Origin: Candidatus Kapaibacterium sp.
GTDB lineage: Bacteria; Bacteroidota; Ignavibacteria; Kapaibacteriales; JAEUSM01
Direction: 5' to 3'
DNA: 64,000 nucleotides
NCBI GenBank assembly: GCA_016788785.1
Contig: JAEUSM010000013.1
Location: forward strand, 56,771 to 120,770
A program made the position numbers and the translations under genes. Positions 18,621-29,028 of the stretch are shown piece by piece; position 1 is the stretch's first letter, and the number at the start of each line of letters is the position of its first letter. The notes below the pieces were generated by a model. The model was not told the origin of the DNA. It worked only from the letters and a program-made list of their open reading frames with translations, and did not search any database.

Positions 18621-20822
18621 TTATGCCACATCTATAAATGTATCCTTACCAAAACGGAGTTGAAGCTCCTTGCGAATAATTTCGTGTTCAGGTTTGCGAA
18701 GATGTGGGTCGTTTTCTAATAATGTAAATGCAAAGTTACGAACAGTTTCGATATATTGAACATCTTTTACCAAATCGGTAATACGAAAATGTGGCGAACC
18801 GGACTGTCGAGTTCCCAAAATATCGCCCGGACCACGAAGTTCCAAATCAATTTCCGAGATTTTAAAACCATCTGTTGTGTCAACCATTGCTTCAAGACGA
18901 ATTTCTAACGATTTCTTTGCTGAAAATTCCATTTCCGTCATATTTGTTGCATACGAAATGTCTTTTGTTGCCAGAAAACAGTATGATTGTTCGGAACCTC
19001 TTCCAACACGACCACGAAGCTGATGCAATTGCGATAATCCAAACCGTTCGGCATTGTTAATCAGCATCACAGACGCATTAGGTACATCGATTCCAACTTC
19101 AATGACGGTTGTACATACCAATATATCATATTCATTAGTTGCAAATGCCTTCATTGTTGCTTCTTTTTCATTCCATTTCATTTGTCCATGAAGCAATCCA
19201 CACCGCAAATCAGCAAATTCGGTTTCTTGTAACAATTCGAAGTACTCTTCTACCGATTTTGCTCTAATTTTTTCCGATTTTTCTACTAAGGGGAACACAA
19301 TGTATGCTTGTCGACCTTTAGCGATTTCAGCACGAATAAATTCATAACTAAATTGTAAATTGGATTCATACACAATTTTAGTTACGATAGGTTTTCGATT
19401 TCGAGGAGGATTTTGTAAAATGGAAACATCCAAATCTCCAAAAACTGTCAACGACAAGGTGCGTGGAATTGGCGTTGCAGACATCACCAACATGTGTGGT
19501 ACAATCTGTTTATTATTTTCCACTACTAAACATTTTTGACGTAAGGTAGCACGTTGTTCAACACCAAAACGATGTTGTTCATCGATGACAATCAATCCGA
19601 CATTTGGGAATGTATACTCAACCTCAAAGAGAGCGTGAGTACCAATGAGAATCGCAGGAGTACCAGATGAAAAAATATCTTGGATTTCTTTCCGTTTTTT
19701 GGTTTTTGACGACCCTGTCAAAAGAGCCAACGTAACACCAAATTGAGAACAATACTTTTCAAAATAATGATATTGCTGTTCAGCGAGTATTTCCGTTGGA
19801 GCCATAAAAATGGACTGACAACCATTATCAAGTACGCACAAAACGCACAATAACGCTACAATAGTTTTACCAGAACCAACATCGCCTTGCAACAAACGGT
19901 TCATTGGATGCCCAGTTCCCAAATCTGCAACTATTTCGTTGAGAACTTTCTTTTGAGAAGAAGTTAATTCAAAAGGAAGTGAATTGACAACTATTCTTGC
20001 CGTTGGACTTTTAGGATTCATTACACGTCCGAAAGACTGTTTGGTTATTAATCGTTTGCGAAGTGCAATCATCAACTCAAAATAGAAAATTTCTTCAAAT
20101 TTGATTGAGCGAAACCCAAGTTCAACATCCGCAAAAGAAGAGGGTGTATGGATTTTTTGCCAAACGTTTTTTTGTGGTAGTAGCTCCCAAAGTTCTTGTA
20201 TATACTCTGGTATCGTTTCTTTTTCTGCCTCAATGGAGTACGATACAGTTTCTTCAATAATTGCCCTTACTGTCCGCATTGTCATTCCTATTTGTCGCAT
20301 TACCATCGACAGAGAATAATTTGGCAACAAGGCATTTTTTGCATACAATTCTTGGTCTGAGTCTACTTTTTCAATTTCGGGATGGGTGAATTGAATTTGA
20401 TGGAAGCGTTTATCGAAAGTAGGTTTTCCGATGATTAGGATGGTTTGACCCTCGGAATAAACCTTTTTGTAGTATTCTAATCTATTCCAGAATATCAAAT
20501 CAACAGTGTATCCAGAACCATCAGCAATGGTAAACACCAACATTGATTTGTTTTTGCCAACAATTGTTTCTTTCTTTTTGGCTATTTTGCCTTGCAGTAC
20601 TGCTTGTGCTTGAAAAGATTGAGAAGCTGATTGAGAACTTTCGTAACTTTTAAACCGTTCTTTAGCATAAAAAGCCGCAATTGATTGAAGTGAATCTCTA
20701 CTTGAATACGAATGGGGAAGATAGTAGAGCAAATCCTCGATGGTTTTGACACCAACTGCGTCAAAAAGTTCGATTCGTTTTAGAAGTCGGTTTTTTTTTG
20801 AAGAACCGCTTTCGCTTTTCAT
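18621..20822 (-). CDS. recG: ATP-dependent DNA helicase RecG
   Basis: The 733-aa protein has the Walker A motif 'LQGDVGSGKTIVAL', the DEQH box 'VIDEQHRFGVEQR' and helicase motifs 'MSATPIPRTL' and 'QLRGRVGRG', preceded by an N-terminal wedge-like region. Confidence 0.9.
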   Translation of the reverse strand: MKSESGSSKKNRLLKRIELFDAVGVKTIEDLLYYLPHSYSSRDSLQSIAAFYAKERFKSYESSQSASQSFQAQAVLQGKIAKKKETIVGKNKSMLVFTIADGSGYTVDLIFWNRLEYYKKVYSEGQTILIIGKPTFDKRFHQIQFTHPEIEKVDSDQELYAKNALLPNYSLSMVMRQIGMTMRTVRAIIEETVSYSIEAEKETIPEYIQELWELLPQKNVWQKIHTPSSFADVELGFRSIKFEEIFYFELMIALRKRLITKQSFGRVMNPKSPTARIVVNSLPFELTSSQKKVLNEIVADLGTGHPMNRLLQGDVGSGKTIVALLCVLCVLDNGCQSIFMAPTEILAEQQYHYFEKYCSQFGVTLALLTGSSKTKKRKEIQDIFSSGTPAILIGTHALFEVEYTFPNVGLIVIDEQHRFGVEQRATLRQKCLVVENNKQIVPHMLVMSATPIPRTLSLTVFGDLDVSILQNPPRNRKPIVTKIVYESNLQFSYEFIRAEIAKGRQAYIVFPLVEKSEKIRAKSVEEYFELLQETEFADLRCGLLHGQMKWNEKEATMKAFATNEYDILVCTTVIEVGIDVPNASVMLINNAERFGLSQLHQLRGRVGRGSEQSYCFLATKDISYATNMTEMEFSAKKSLEIRLEAMVDTTDGFKISEIDLELRGPGDILGTRQSGSPHFRITDLVKDVQYIETVRNFAFTLLENDPHLRKPEHEIIRKELQLRFGKDTFIDVA

Positions 20823-21952
20823 TTACTCGAATTGATGGGAACGGTAAAGAAAAATGATGTTCCTTGACCTAATGAACTTTTCACCCAAAATGTTCCACCA
20901 TTTCTCTGAATGAGATCTTTGCATAGCAACAAACCAAGACCCGTACCTAATTCACCAGATGTTCCAGCTGTTGTTTCAGTAGAATCTGTGAAAAATAGTT
21001 TCTTGATTTGATCTTCGGCAATACCAATCCCTGTATCAGAAATTGAAATCGTAACACTATTTTCCGACGGTTTATTTTCTGCCGTTATCGTAATTTTCCC
21101 ATATTCTGGAGTAAATTTCATTGCATTATTCATTATATTTCGAATAACAGAACTTACCATATTGGTATCACAAAATACCTGAATACTATCATCAATTTCG
21201 CTAATTACATCTTGAGATTTTTTAAAACTCATTGGATACAACAGTGAAACATTTTGGTCAATTATTTCTTTCAATGATGACTGTTTGAATTTAAGAACAC
21301 TTTGACCAGATTGAAGTTTTGACCACTCTAATAGGTTTATCAAGAGTAAATATCCTTGATCAATGCCTGACTCTAACAACGAAAAATATTCGATAGTATC
21401 CTCGTCCAATCCTTCAGTCATTAATGTGAGATTTTTCGACAGTCCTTGCAGACCAACAAACACATTTTTCAAATCATGGGCAATGATAGCCAGTACTTGG
21501 TCTTTTAATATGATTACTTCATTTCTGAATTGAAGTGATTTATATTCTCTTATTGATTTTGCAATTCTGAATTGAATTTCTGTTATAGAATCTGTTGCAA
21601 AAACAATTTCCACATTTCGAATGGAAGTATTCGTACTAATCGCCTCATAATCTGAAATTTGAATATCCTTTGGATTGGAGATGACAGCAACAAAAGGATA
21701 AGGCAAAGGATTGGTAAGTGGAGTAGATAGGAAATGTTGTATAAACGTTACTTCACCTTCTAAGAGCAAAACAGAAGCATGACGAAAATCTTGCTGGTTT
21801 TCCCTAAAATTTTCTACAGAAGTTTGTAGTATTTCCCCAATTCCCGATTTTGATAATATATCAAAAAAACTGGAATTTGATGTTGAATTTGTAAGAAAAA
21901 CTATTTTCAACGTATATTCTTTGCTATGACTGATTTTGCACCAATGATACAA
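20819..21952 (-). CDS. sensor histidine kinase (cytoplasmic; HisKA + HATPase_c)
   Basis: The H-box is 'IAHDLKNVFVGLQG' and the ATPase G-boxes are 'ISDTGIGIAEDQIKKLF' and 'GTGLGLLLCKDLIQRNGGTFWVKSSLGQGTSFFFTVP'. No transmembrane segment is present, and the gene overlaps the recG start by 4 nt. Confidence 0.8.
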   Translation of the reverse strand: MYHWCKISHSKEYTLKIVFLTNSTSNSSFFDILSKSGIGEILQTSVENFRENQQDFRHASVLLLEGEVTFIQHFLSTPLTNPLPYPFVAVISNPKDIQISDYEAISTNTSIRNVEIVFATDSITEIQFRIAKSIREYKSLQFRNEVIILKDQVLAIIAHDLKNVFVGLQGLSKNLTLMTEGLDEDTIEYFSLLESGIDQGYLLLINLLEWSKLQSGQSVLKFKQSSLKEIIDQNVSLLYPMSFKKSQDVISEIDDSIQVFCDTNMVSSVIRNIMNNAMKFTPEYGKITITAENKPSENSVTISISDTGIGIAEDQIKKLFFTDSTETTAGTSGELGTGLGLLLCKDLIQRNGGTFWVKSSLGQGTSFFFTVPINSSK

Positions 21953-22022
21953 ATATACAATAAATATTAAACCTACAAAGAAAATAGTGTGAATTTTCTG
22001 TTCTTGTAGGTACTATGGTGAA

Positions 22023-23192
22023 TTAATTTTGCTTTGTCTTCTCAATTGCTAAAAAATATGCTTCAACATCATCATAGGCACCAATCTGCTTAGCAATTGA
22101 TAATGCAATTCCCCTGTATTGTGCAACTGAATGCAAGTCTTCTTTTTCTTTACTGTTATTATAGAGAATTGTTGCACAGGAAATATAGATTGGAAATGTT
22201 TCTTTTTTGATTGATTCAGAATCATCGAATTGTTCACCATACAAATCCATTCGAAGATAATCTAAACGGAATTTGCTCCAATTATTGCGTATAATTTTTG
22301 CATTATCAATTACTTGCGTTGAATATTGATAGACTGTACCGATAACGTACAAAGAGTCTTTTACCATTGCCAATAACTTGCCGCTAAAATTCCCCGCAAA
22401 ACAAATTGGTTTTTGGGAATATTTTACTAAAACTGCTAATGTGTTAAAGAAAGGTTCTGATAAATTTTTTGCAGAATTGATATTGTTATAAAAAACGGAA
22501 AAATTCTGAAAGGAATTTTTGCCAAATACCGTTGTTCGACAATTGTTTTCGGCTAATGTTTTTTGGTTGAGAATTTGAACTTCTTTGCGAATATTTTTAG
22601 TGTATTGGAGTACAACCAATGCTTCAAATAACAAATCTGAATCTACGACAACAATACCGTTTGCTGGAGTTGAAATAAGAGTATTATAAGCAAAATTCAT
22701 CATTTGTGATGGTATAACTGCCGTAGCATAAATTCTTTTTGCAGCATTCGTGATTGCAGAATCGTTGTTTGTCATCAATGCAACATACAAACCTCCAATA
22801 ACAATAGCAGGGTCATTGGGTTGTAATTTTTGAGCTTGCAAAAAGAATGGAACCTTTTCAGTAGAAAGTAGTACAGAATTCCATTGACAAAGGTTATAGA
22901 CAAAGGAATTTGGAATGGCACTGTTCATTTCAGTTAAAATGCTATCTAAAGACCGTTGTTGGTTTTGTAAACTTCTATCTGAAGCACTACCGAACAACTG
23001 TTTTGAAACTTCATAATACTTTCTCCAAAGTTGCTCCGACTTCTTATTTTTCTTTAATTCACTTTTTACTGTAGAGATTTGAGCCCGTAGCGAATCCAAG
23101 GAAGTTTTAGACTGAATACCTTGTGAGTAGAGAGAAGAAGTTGTTACTAAAGCAAGAACGACAAACAAGTATAAACTGAGTTTTTTCATCAT
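22023..23192 (-). CDS. secreted hypothetical protein
   Basis: The six-frame ORF runs 22023..23249, but the likely start is 'MMKKLSLYLFVVLALVTTSSLYSQG' (a signal peptide), which abuts the upstream gene's stop at 23189. There are no recognisable catalytic motifs. Confidence 0.5.
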   Translation of the reverse strand: MMKKLSLYLFVVLALVTTSSLYSQGIQSKTSLDSLRAQISTVKSELKKNKKSEQLWRKYYEVSKQLFGSASDRSLQNQQRSLDSILTEMNSAIPNSFVYNLCQWNSVLLSTEKVPFFLQAQKLQPNDPAIVIGGLYVALMTNNDSAITNAAKRIYATAVIPSQMMNFAYNTLISTPANGIVVVDSDLLFEALVVLQYTKNIRKEVQILNQKTLAENNCRTTVFGKNSFQNFSVFYNNINSAKNLSEPFFNTLAVLVKYSQKPICFAGNFSGKLLAMVKDSLYVIGTVYQYSTQVIDNAKIIRNNWSKFRLDYLRMDLYGEQFDDSESIKKETFPIYISCATILYNNSKEKEDLHSVAQYRGIALSIAKQIGAYDDVEAYFLAIEKTKQN

Positions 23193-24241
23193 AGTGTTTT
23201 CGTAGAATTTACTTGTAATAAAGGTACTTTTAAAAAAGGAAGAATCCATTTCTGTTGTAATGTTTGTGCATCCATATATTCTGCAATCCCAACAAAATCA
23301 TTGTAAATTTCGGACTCAAAATGTACTTCTGCAGTAATTGCAAACCGTAAATAAAACGGACCTTGTTCTTTTATTCTTTTTGTTGAAATGAGAATCTTAA
23401 CATTTTTACCACTTTTTGTTGTACACAAAAACAAGTATTTGGTAGCATATCGAATTCCCATGAATGAAATTTTATAGCAAGAATATTTTACATCAACAAC
23501 GGTTAATTCCTCAAAAGAATCATCGGTGGACAAGGTAACGGTTGCTTCACAATTTCTATTTTGAAATGCTAAGACATCGTAAAAAACCAAAGAATATTTT
23601 TCTGACTGTAAATTCCCCCAATACCATTGAGAAAAGTGAAGATGCAAAGGTTCAACACCACAATTATGGTCATGATAAGCATAACCGTTGATTGATTCAT
23701 TCAATACGATTTGGTCATATTCAAATAGACTAAACGTAGCATTAAATCTTGCTCTTGGAGCAACTAAAGTCCATAGATGATCAATTAATTCACAACGAGT
23801 ATTATCTATTGGTGCGGTAATAGAAAGTTTGAAACTTCCCTTTAGTGTTGTTGGTATATTTTGGTTTGATGTATCAATAGTTACAGAATATGAATTAGAT
23901 TCTTCATCGAATGCGAAGCTATTAGCACCAAAAACTCCTTGACAATTAGAAATTGAAAAATCACTTTCATTACCCATTCCTTCTTGAAGAGTCGTAAAAA
24001 TGCGTTTATTTTTATGGTACACATTTACTGAAATCCCACAATTTTCGATAGGGTCTAAATGTTTTTCAGGATTTGTATACGATGAAATGTAGGTCGCCGA
24101 CATTGGAATGCCGACAAAAAAAATAATGACAAAGGAATAGTCCGAATCTGTGCTTATTCCATCAAAATACCACCACTCATAGGAACCATTCGTTCGAAGA
24201 TTGTGAAAAACATCATCAATATGACCAAAAGATACCTGCAT
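23189..24241 (-). CDS. CrtC/AttH-like lipocalin-fold protein (possible carotenoid 1,2-hydratase or secreted-hydrolase family)
   Basis: The N-terminal 'YEWWYFDGIS' matches the EWWY(F) signature that I recall for the hydroxyneurosporene synthase/AttH superfamily. The length of 350 aa fits. The assignment rests on motif recollection only. Confidence 0.4.
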   Translation of the reverse strand: MQVSFGHIDDVFHNLRTNGSYEWWYFDGISTDSDYSFVIIFFVGIPMSATYISSYTNPEKHLDPIENCGISVNVYHKNKRIFTTLQEGMGNESDFSISNCQGVFGANSFAFDEESNSYSVTIDTSNQNIPTTLKGSFKLSITAPIDNTRCELIDHLWTLVAPRARFNATFSLFEYDQIVLNESINGYAYHDHNCGVEPLHLHFSQWYWGNLQSEKYSLVFYDVLAFQNRNCEATVTLSTDDSFEELTVVDVKYSCYKISFMGIRYATKYLFLCTTKSGKNVKILISTKRIKEQGPFYLRFAITAEVHFESEIYNDFVGIAEYMDAQTLQQKWILPFLKVPLLQVNSTKTL

Positions 24242-24247
24242 TTGAAC

Positions 24248-25216
24248 CTATCGAATGAAGAAAAACCAAAGTAATATTGCAACAATAGTCGCTGCTGTTG
24301 TTCTGATTGCGACATCTTTTCCTAATGCTCGAAACGAAACTGCTGTTTCTAATTTTGCATCAAAGGAAAGAACAGTTGCATTTAATAAGACTGGATAAAA
24401 CAGCAATAACGTGTACCACATTCTATCAATTATTGAATGAGAATTATAGGATAATAATTGAGGAATAAGAGTGCTAATAGCAAGAATTACTATGAAACTT
24501 AGGATGTAGAGTGCTGTTTTTATCGTTGGTTTGGTTGTAATGTACAAAAAGTAATTGCATAACAAAAATATCATCAGCAATTTTGTTGAAGAACTAACAG
24601 AAAACGGAAATTGTACTTCGAAAGATGATATTAAGGGTATATTTTGAAATACCAAGACAGCAATAATAACCGAAATTGCAACAGGAACAATCGCTTGGAG
24701 TCGATATTTCCACGGATTTTGTTTATAGATTGTCAGTGATGATAGAACCAACAATACCAAAAGAATATGTGCTTGAGGCACTACTACTGATAATAATGAG
24801 ATAAGTACGCCAAGAAAAACTCCTTTTGTTGTAGTAGGAACTAACATATAATTGAACAAAAGGTGCAAATAGACTATTAAAGCAGCATACCAAGCAACCA
24901 AATGCCCACACTCTTGTAAAGAACGAATCAACGTAACGTTCGTGGAAAATCCAAGCGTTGTAAGTCCCAGAACAGAAAAGTATTTATATCGTAAACCTTT
25001 ACTAAAAGTCGCACTATAAAAAAACTTTGACGTCAATAACACTGTTATGATGAAAAGCCCTACATTTCCGGCAACCATCATCACCGAATAATCTTGCGAT
25101 GGCATTGTAGCAAAAGTAATGATACTTACTACAAGAAGAACTAATACAGAAAGTAGATAAAAACCTTTGACTAAAAGTTTTTTGGTTTTTTGACTTGCTG
25201 AACCTTTTATTGACAT
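24248..25216 (-). CDS. polytopic integral membrane protein (8-10 predicted TM helices), unknown function
   Basis: The 322-aa protein is hydrophobic throughout and lies immediately downstream of the CrtC-like gene and divergent from the GT2 gene. A CruF-like role is speculative. Confidence 0.55.
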   Translation of the reverse strand: MSIKGSASQKTKKLLVKGFYLLSVLVLLVVSIITFATMPSQDYSVMMVAGNVGLFIITVLLTSKFFYSATFSKGLRYKYFSVLGLTTLGFSTNVTLIRSLQECGHLVAWYAALIVYLHLLFNYMLVPTTTKGVFLGVLISLLSVVVPQAHILLVLLVLSSLTIYKQNPWKYRLQAIVPVAISVIIAVLVFQNIPLISSFEVQFPFSVSSSTKLLMIFLLCNYFLYITTKPTIKTALYILSFIVILAISTLIPQLLSYNSHSIIDRMWYTLLLFYPVLLNATVLSFDAKLETAVSFRALGKDVAIRTTAATIVAILLWFFFIR

Positions 25217-25287
25217 TTACTATATCCTTTTGAACACACACGAAAAAGAATGTGTTCGTCATTGGGTAAAATTTAATCTACGAAACT

Positions 25288-26442
25288 ATGATATTATACT
25301 ATCAATTAGCAATCACAGCCGCATTATTGATCTTTTTTGGAATTGCAATTCGGAATCTATTCTTATTCCCAAAAATAAAGAAATCCAATACGAATACAAA
25401 TATACGGACTTTCCCAAAGGTTTCCATCATGGTACCTGCCAGAAATGAGGAAAAATCAATTCAAGCATGTGTCGAATCATTACTTTCGATGGATTATCCA
25501 GATTTTGAAGTTATTGTCTTAAATGACAATTCTACTGATGCTACTGGGTCAATTTTAGAATCTATTGTAGAACGATATCCTGAAAAACTAACTGTCATCA
25601 ACGGAACTCCACTTCCACAAGGATGGGTAGGGAAACCATGGGCTTGCCATCAATTGTCGCAACATGCTAAAGGAGAATTATTGCTATTCACAGATGCAGA
25701 TACAGTCCATTCATCAGAATCTTTACGTGCCGTTGTAGAATACTTTCTGACAGAAAAAGTAGATTTTGTATCAATGATTCCATACGAAAAGATGGACACT
25801 TGGGGTGAGGCAACCATTATTCCTATGATACATTATTTATATTTTGCATATTTGCCGAATGATTGGATAGCAAAAAAACCGTCAGTGTCGGTTTCAGCGG
25901 CAAATGGGCAATATATGTTTTTCAAATCTGAGGTTTATCGAGCTATCGGTGGGCATACTGCCGTCAAAAACAATGTTGTTGAAGATGTTTTTTTAGCTCG
26001 AACAGTGAAAAAAGAAGGATACATAACAGGATTGATAAATGGATCGGAAATAGTTACATGCAAAATGTATTGGAATTTCAAAGAAACGTTTGAAGGATTT
26101 TCGAAAAACTTTTACCCTGGAATGTCCTACAGACCATTTGCAATGTTTACTTCTATTACACATTTTTTTCTGCTTTATATTGCTCCCGTAATTTTTCTAA
26201 TATTTGCTTTAGTAACTCAAAACTTCTCATTTGAACTATTTTGGTTGCCCTTACTACATTACACAATCTTTACAACTATTCGGGGGATAATAACCTATTC
26301 TTTTTCTATGCCAATCTATCAAATGTTTCTTCATCCATTATGTGCGGCTTTAGCCATTGGAATTGGCATCAATTCGGTTCGATGGTCTCGCTCCAAAATT
26401 CAATGGAAGGGAAGAAGTTATTCCAAAGAAGAAACGATTTAG
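25288..26442 (+). CDS. family 2 glycosyltransferase with C-terminal transmembrane extension (CrtQ/CruC-like architecture)
   Basis: The GT2 core is 'VSIMVPARNEEKSIQACVESLLSMDYPDFEVIVLNDNSTDATGSIL', with a 'DAD' motif in 'LLFTDADTVHSS'. The last ~100 aa form several TM helices, an architecture typical of carotenoid/diaponeurosporenoate glycosyltransferases. Confidence 0.75.
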   Translation: MILYYQLAITAALLIFFGIAIRNLFLFPKIKKSNTNTNIRTFPKVSIMVPARNEEKSIQACVESLLSMDYPDFEVIVLNDNSTDATGSILESIVERYPEKLTVINGTPLPQGWVGKPWACHQLSQHAKGELLLFTDADTVHSSESLRAVVEYFLTEKVDFVSMIPYEKMDTWGEATIIPMIHYLYFAYLPNDWIAKKPSVSVSAANGQYMFFKSEVYRAIGGHTAVKNNVVEDVFLARTVKKEGYITGLINGSEIVTCKMYWNFKETFEGFSKNFYPGMSYRPFAMFTSITHFFLLYIAPVIFLIFALVTQNFSFELFWLPLLHYTIFTTIRGIITYSFSMPIYQMFLHPLCAALAIGIGINSVRWSRSKIQWKGRSYSKEETI

Positions 26443-27671
26443 TGCAAAAATGATCGAATAATTTCGCCAATACGTTGCGATTCGCCAATGGATGGTTGAA
26501 AAATTTCTTCAATTCGATTTCTATTTAATTCTATCCATTCCTTTTCTGTCAAAACTTTTAGCAACATTGTTTCAACTTCTACTTTATTACGAACGATGCA
26601 AAGAACACCTGCTCTTTGAAACGTGGTAGCATCAGGAGAAGAGCTGACATTTGGTCCACAAAACGTTGGTATGCCATACGCAATTGCCTCAGCTGTTGAA
26701 TGCACGCATCTTCCAAATCCTCCCCCCACAAAAGCAACACTTGCAATGCTATATAACGAAAGCAATTTTCCTACAGTATCGACAATTACTATTTGATTAT
26801 CAACTATTTCCTCTTGCCGAAGTTGAGAAAGGAGTACTGAGTTAGGAAATACTCCTTGTAAACGCTCAATTGTTGCATTGTCTGGTTTATGGGGTACAAT
26901 GATACAATGAAATTTATCTAACAAATCAGAAGAAATTGAATGAAGGAGCATCTCTTCATCTTTCCACGAACTTCCCAATACTAACGTTGGTTTTTGTGGT
27001 AAAGTGTACCAACGTTCTACCTCATATGTTCGAACTTTTTCAATAATTCTATCAATGCGTGTGTCAGCAGATCGATGTACATTGGAACTTTCAATCAATT
27101 GAGTGAATTTATCGAAGTTTTGCTCATTGACAGCATAAATTCCTTCAGCATTTGACAGTAGTTTTTTCAAAAATGAACGTCCGATTGACTCCCAAAACCA
27201 ACTATTGGGAAATGTTGCATTCACATAAAAGTATGGAATTGATTTTGCAGAGAGTAGTTGTAGTAGATTAGGCCATATTTCATAGCGAATAAATACAACG
27301 ACGTCAGGATGAACCTTTAAAATAAATTGTTCCATTCCACAGATAGTATCTATAGGAATATAGGTGATAACATCCGCAAATGGATAGTTTTTTTGGTTAT
27401 CGTACCCAGAAGGTGAAAAAAACGTTACGAGAATGGAAAGTTGCTTCTCTTTTGAACGAATGTATTCTATAATAGGTTTAGCTTGTTCAAATTCCCCCAT
27501 TGAAGCAGCATGAACCCATAGAACTTTTTGATTGGCTGGAATTATAGATTTTTTTTTCGCAAATTCAAAGATTACTTTTTCACGAGATTTGAATTCTGCA
27601 AAAAACAAAGCCCCAATTTTGAACAAAAGCCAAAGTATTGGAGCAATGAAATATGTATAGAAAAAACCCAT
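26439..27671 (-). CDS. waaA: 3-deoxy-D-manno-octulosonic acid (Kdo) transferase
   Basis: The N-terminal membrane anchor is followed by the KdtA signature 'LWVHAASMGEFEQAKPIIEYIR' (compare E. coli 'IWLHAVSVGE'). The length of 410 aa fits, as does the GT-B C-terminal half ('VDTVGKLLSLYSIASVAFVGGGF'). Confidence 0.8.
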   Translation of the reverse strand: MGFFYTYFIAPILWLLFKIGALFFAEFKSREKVIFEFAKKKSIIPANQKVLWVHAASMGEFEQAKPIIEYIRSKEKQLSILVTFFSPSGYDNQKNYPFADVITYIPIDTICGMEQFILKVHPDVVVFIRYEIWPNLLQLLSAKSIPYFYVNATFPNSWFWESIGRSFLKKLLSNAEGIYAVNEQNFDKFTQLIESSNVHRSADTRIDRIIEKVRTYEVERWYTLPQKPTLVLGSSWKDEEMLLHSISSDLLDKFHCIIVPHKPDNATIERLQGVFPNSVLLSQLRQEEIVDNQIVIVDTVGKLLSLYSIASVAFVGGGFGRCVHSTAEAIAYGIPTFCGPNVSSSPDATTFQRAGVLCIVRNKVEVETMLLKVLTEKEWIELNRNRIEEIFQPSIGESQRIGEIIRSFLH

Positions 27672-27672
27672 T

Positions 27673-28455
27673 TTATCGAGAAGTGAATTCTGGGCTACGT
27701 TTTTCTAAAAACGCTTTTGTACCTTCTTTGAAATCTTCGGTAGCACATAACGAACCAAAAATTGTCGCCTCTACATCCATTCCATCAGTACTTGGATTTG
27801 TGGAGGCTCTAATCGCATCCAAAGAAGCTCGAACTGCTAATTGTCCTTTTGAAGAAACAATATCTATGAAAGATTCAACCTTCATCATCAATTCTTCCAT
27901 TGGACAAACGGCATTTACCAAACCAAGTGACAGTGCCTCATTTGCTGAGATCATCACACCAGAAATAGTAAGTTCTATTGCTTTTGCAACTCCTACTAAT
28001 TTCGGTAAACGTTGAGTACCACCGTATCCCGGTATAATGCCTAAGGAAACTTCCGGCTGTGCGAACTTTGCATTTTCCGAAGCATATCGAATGTGTGCCG
28101 ACATTGCAAGTTCACATCCACCACCAAGTGCAAAGCCATTGACTGCCGCTATAACAGGAATCGAAAAGTTTTCAATACGTGAAAATACTTTCTGACCAAA
28201 TTCAGCAAATGATTTTCCCGTTGAACCGTTTTGTTCATGGAGTTGTGCAATGTCAGCTCCTGCTGCAAATGATTTTGGACCACTACCTGTTAGAACCAAA
28301 CAACAAGTATTGGCACTATCTTGTTCAACAATTGTTAATGCAGCATCAAGTTCTTGCAAGACTGTGGCATTCAATGCATTGAGTTTATCAGGTCGGTTCA
28401 ATGTCAGTAGATAATGTGTCGCTTTCTTTTCTAATAGTATTGTCGTAAATTCCAT
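27673..28455 (-). CDS. enoyl-CoA hydratase/isomerase (crotonase family)
   Basis: Crotonase-fold motifs include 'CLVLTGSGPKSFAAGADIAQL', 'PVIAAVNGFALGGGCELAMSAHIRYASENAKFAQPEVSLGIIPGYGGTQRL'. The start is placed at 'MEFTTILLEK' (28455) rather than the ORF maximum at 28575. Confidence 0.8.
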   Translation of the reverse strand: MEFTTILLEKKATHYLLTLNRPDKLNALNATVLQELDAALTIVEQDSANTCCLVLTGSGPKSFAAGADIAQLHEQNGSTGKSFAEFGQKVFSRIENFSIPVIAAVNGFALGGGCELAMSAHIRYASENAKFAQPEVSLGIIPGYGGTQRLPKLVGVAKAIELTISGVMISANEALSLGLVNAVCPMEELMMKVESFIDIVSSKGQLAVRASLDAIRASTNPSTDGMDVEATIFGSLCATEDFKEGTKAFLEKRSPEFTSR

Positions 28456-28507
28456 TATTAATTTCCTAAATGGTAACAAAATCAATTCTTGAGACAAATG
28501 TACCACT

Positions 28508-29026
28508 TTGTTCGGTATTTTCATAATGGAACAAGATTTTTTCTTCGTAAAAAAACTGCTGTACCGTAAAGCCAAACGACGAAATTTGGAGTATTTGTTT
28601 ATTCTTTTGGCTATGGGTACGTCAACATTTTTGTTTAGTTCCTATTTGGAATTAATCCCCATTTTATTGATATCTGCAGGAGTTTCGGGCGTTGGGTATG
28701 GCATAACAATACTTCGAGAATTTCGTCGGTTTTTACCCATTGATGATAAAAAACGAATTCTTCACTCAATGATAGAATCCATTGTTTTAACAAGTATCGT
28801 CCTCATAATTGGTCTCATTTCCTTCTTGGAAGTTTTTGATTCATTGCTCTTTCATGGTTATACTTCCTTGGGAATGTTTATATTTGTATTTTCGAATGTG
28901 TGGGGAGAAAATAGTTTTCGAAAAAAATATCTGACGTCAATTTCGTTTGAACAATTACAGACATTTTTTGAAAATACGCCTTCTTCGCTATTTCAACAAT
29001 TTTCTATAAAAAAAACAAACCGATAA
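28508..29026 (+). CDS. small membrane protein, hypothetical
   Basis: The 172-aa ORF has 3-4 hydrophobic helices and no recognisable motifs. The start is uncertain. Confidence 0.35.
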   Translation: MFGIFIMEQDFFFVKKLLYRKAKRRNLEYLFILLAMGTSTFLFSSYLELIPILLISAGVSGVGYGITILREFRRFLPIDDKKRILHSMIESIVLTSIVLIIGLISFLEVFDSLLFHGYTSLGMFIFVFSNVWGENSFRKKYLTSISFEQLQTFFENTPSSLFQQFSIKKTNR

Positions 29027-29028
29027 CG

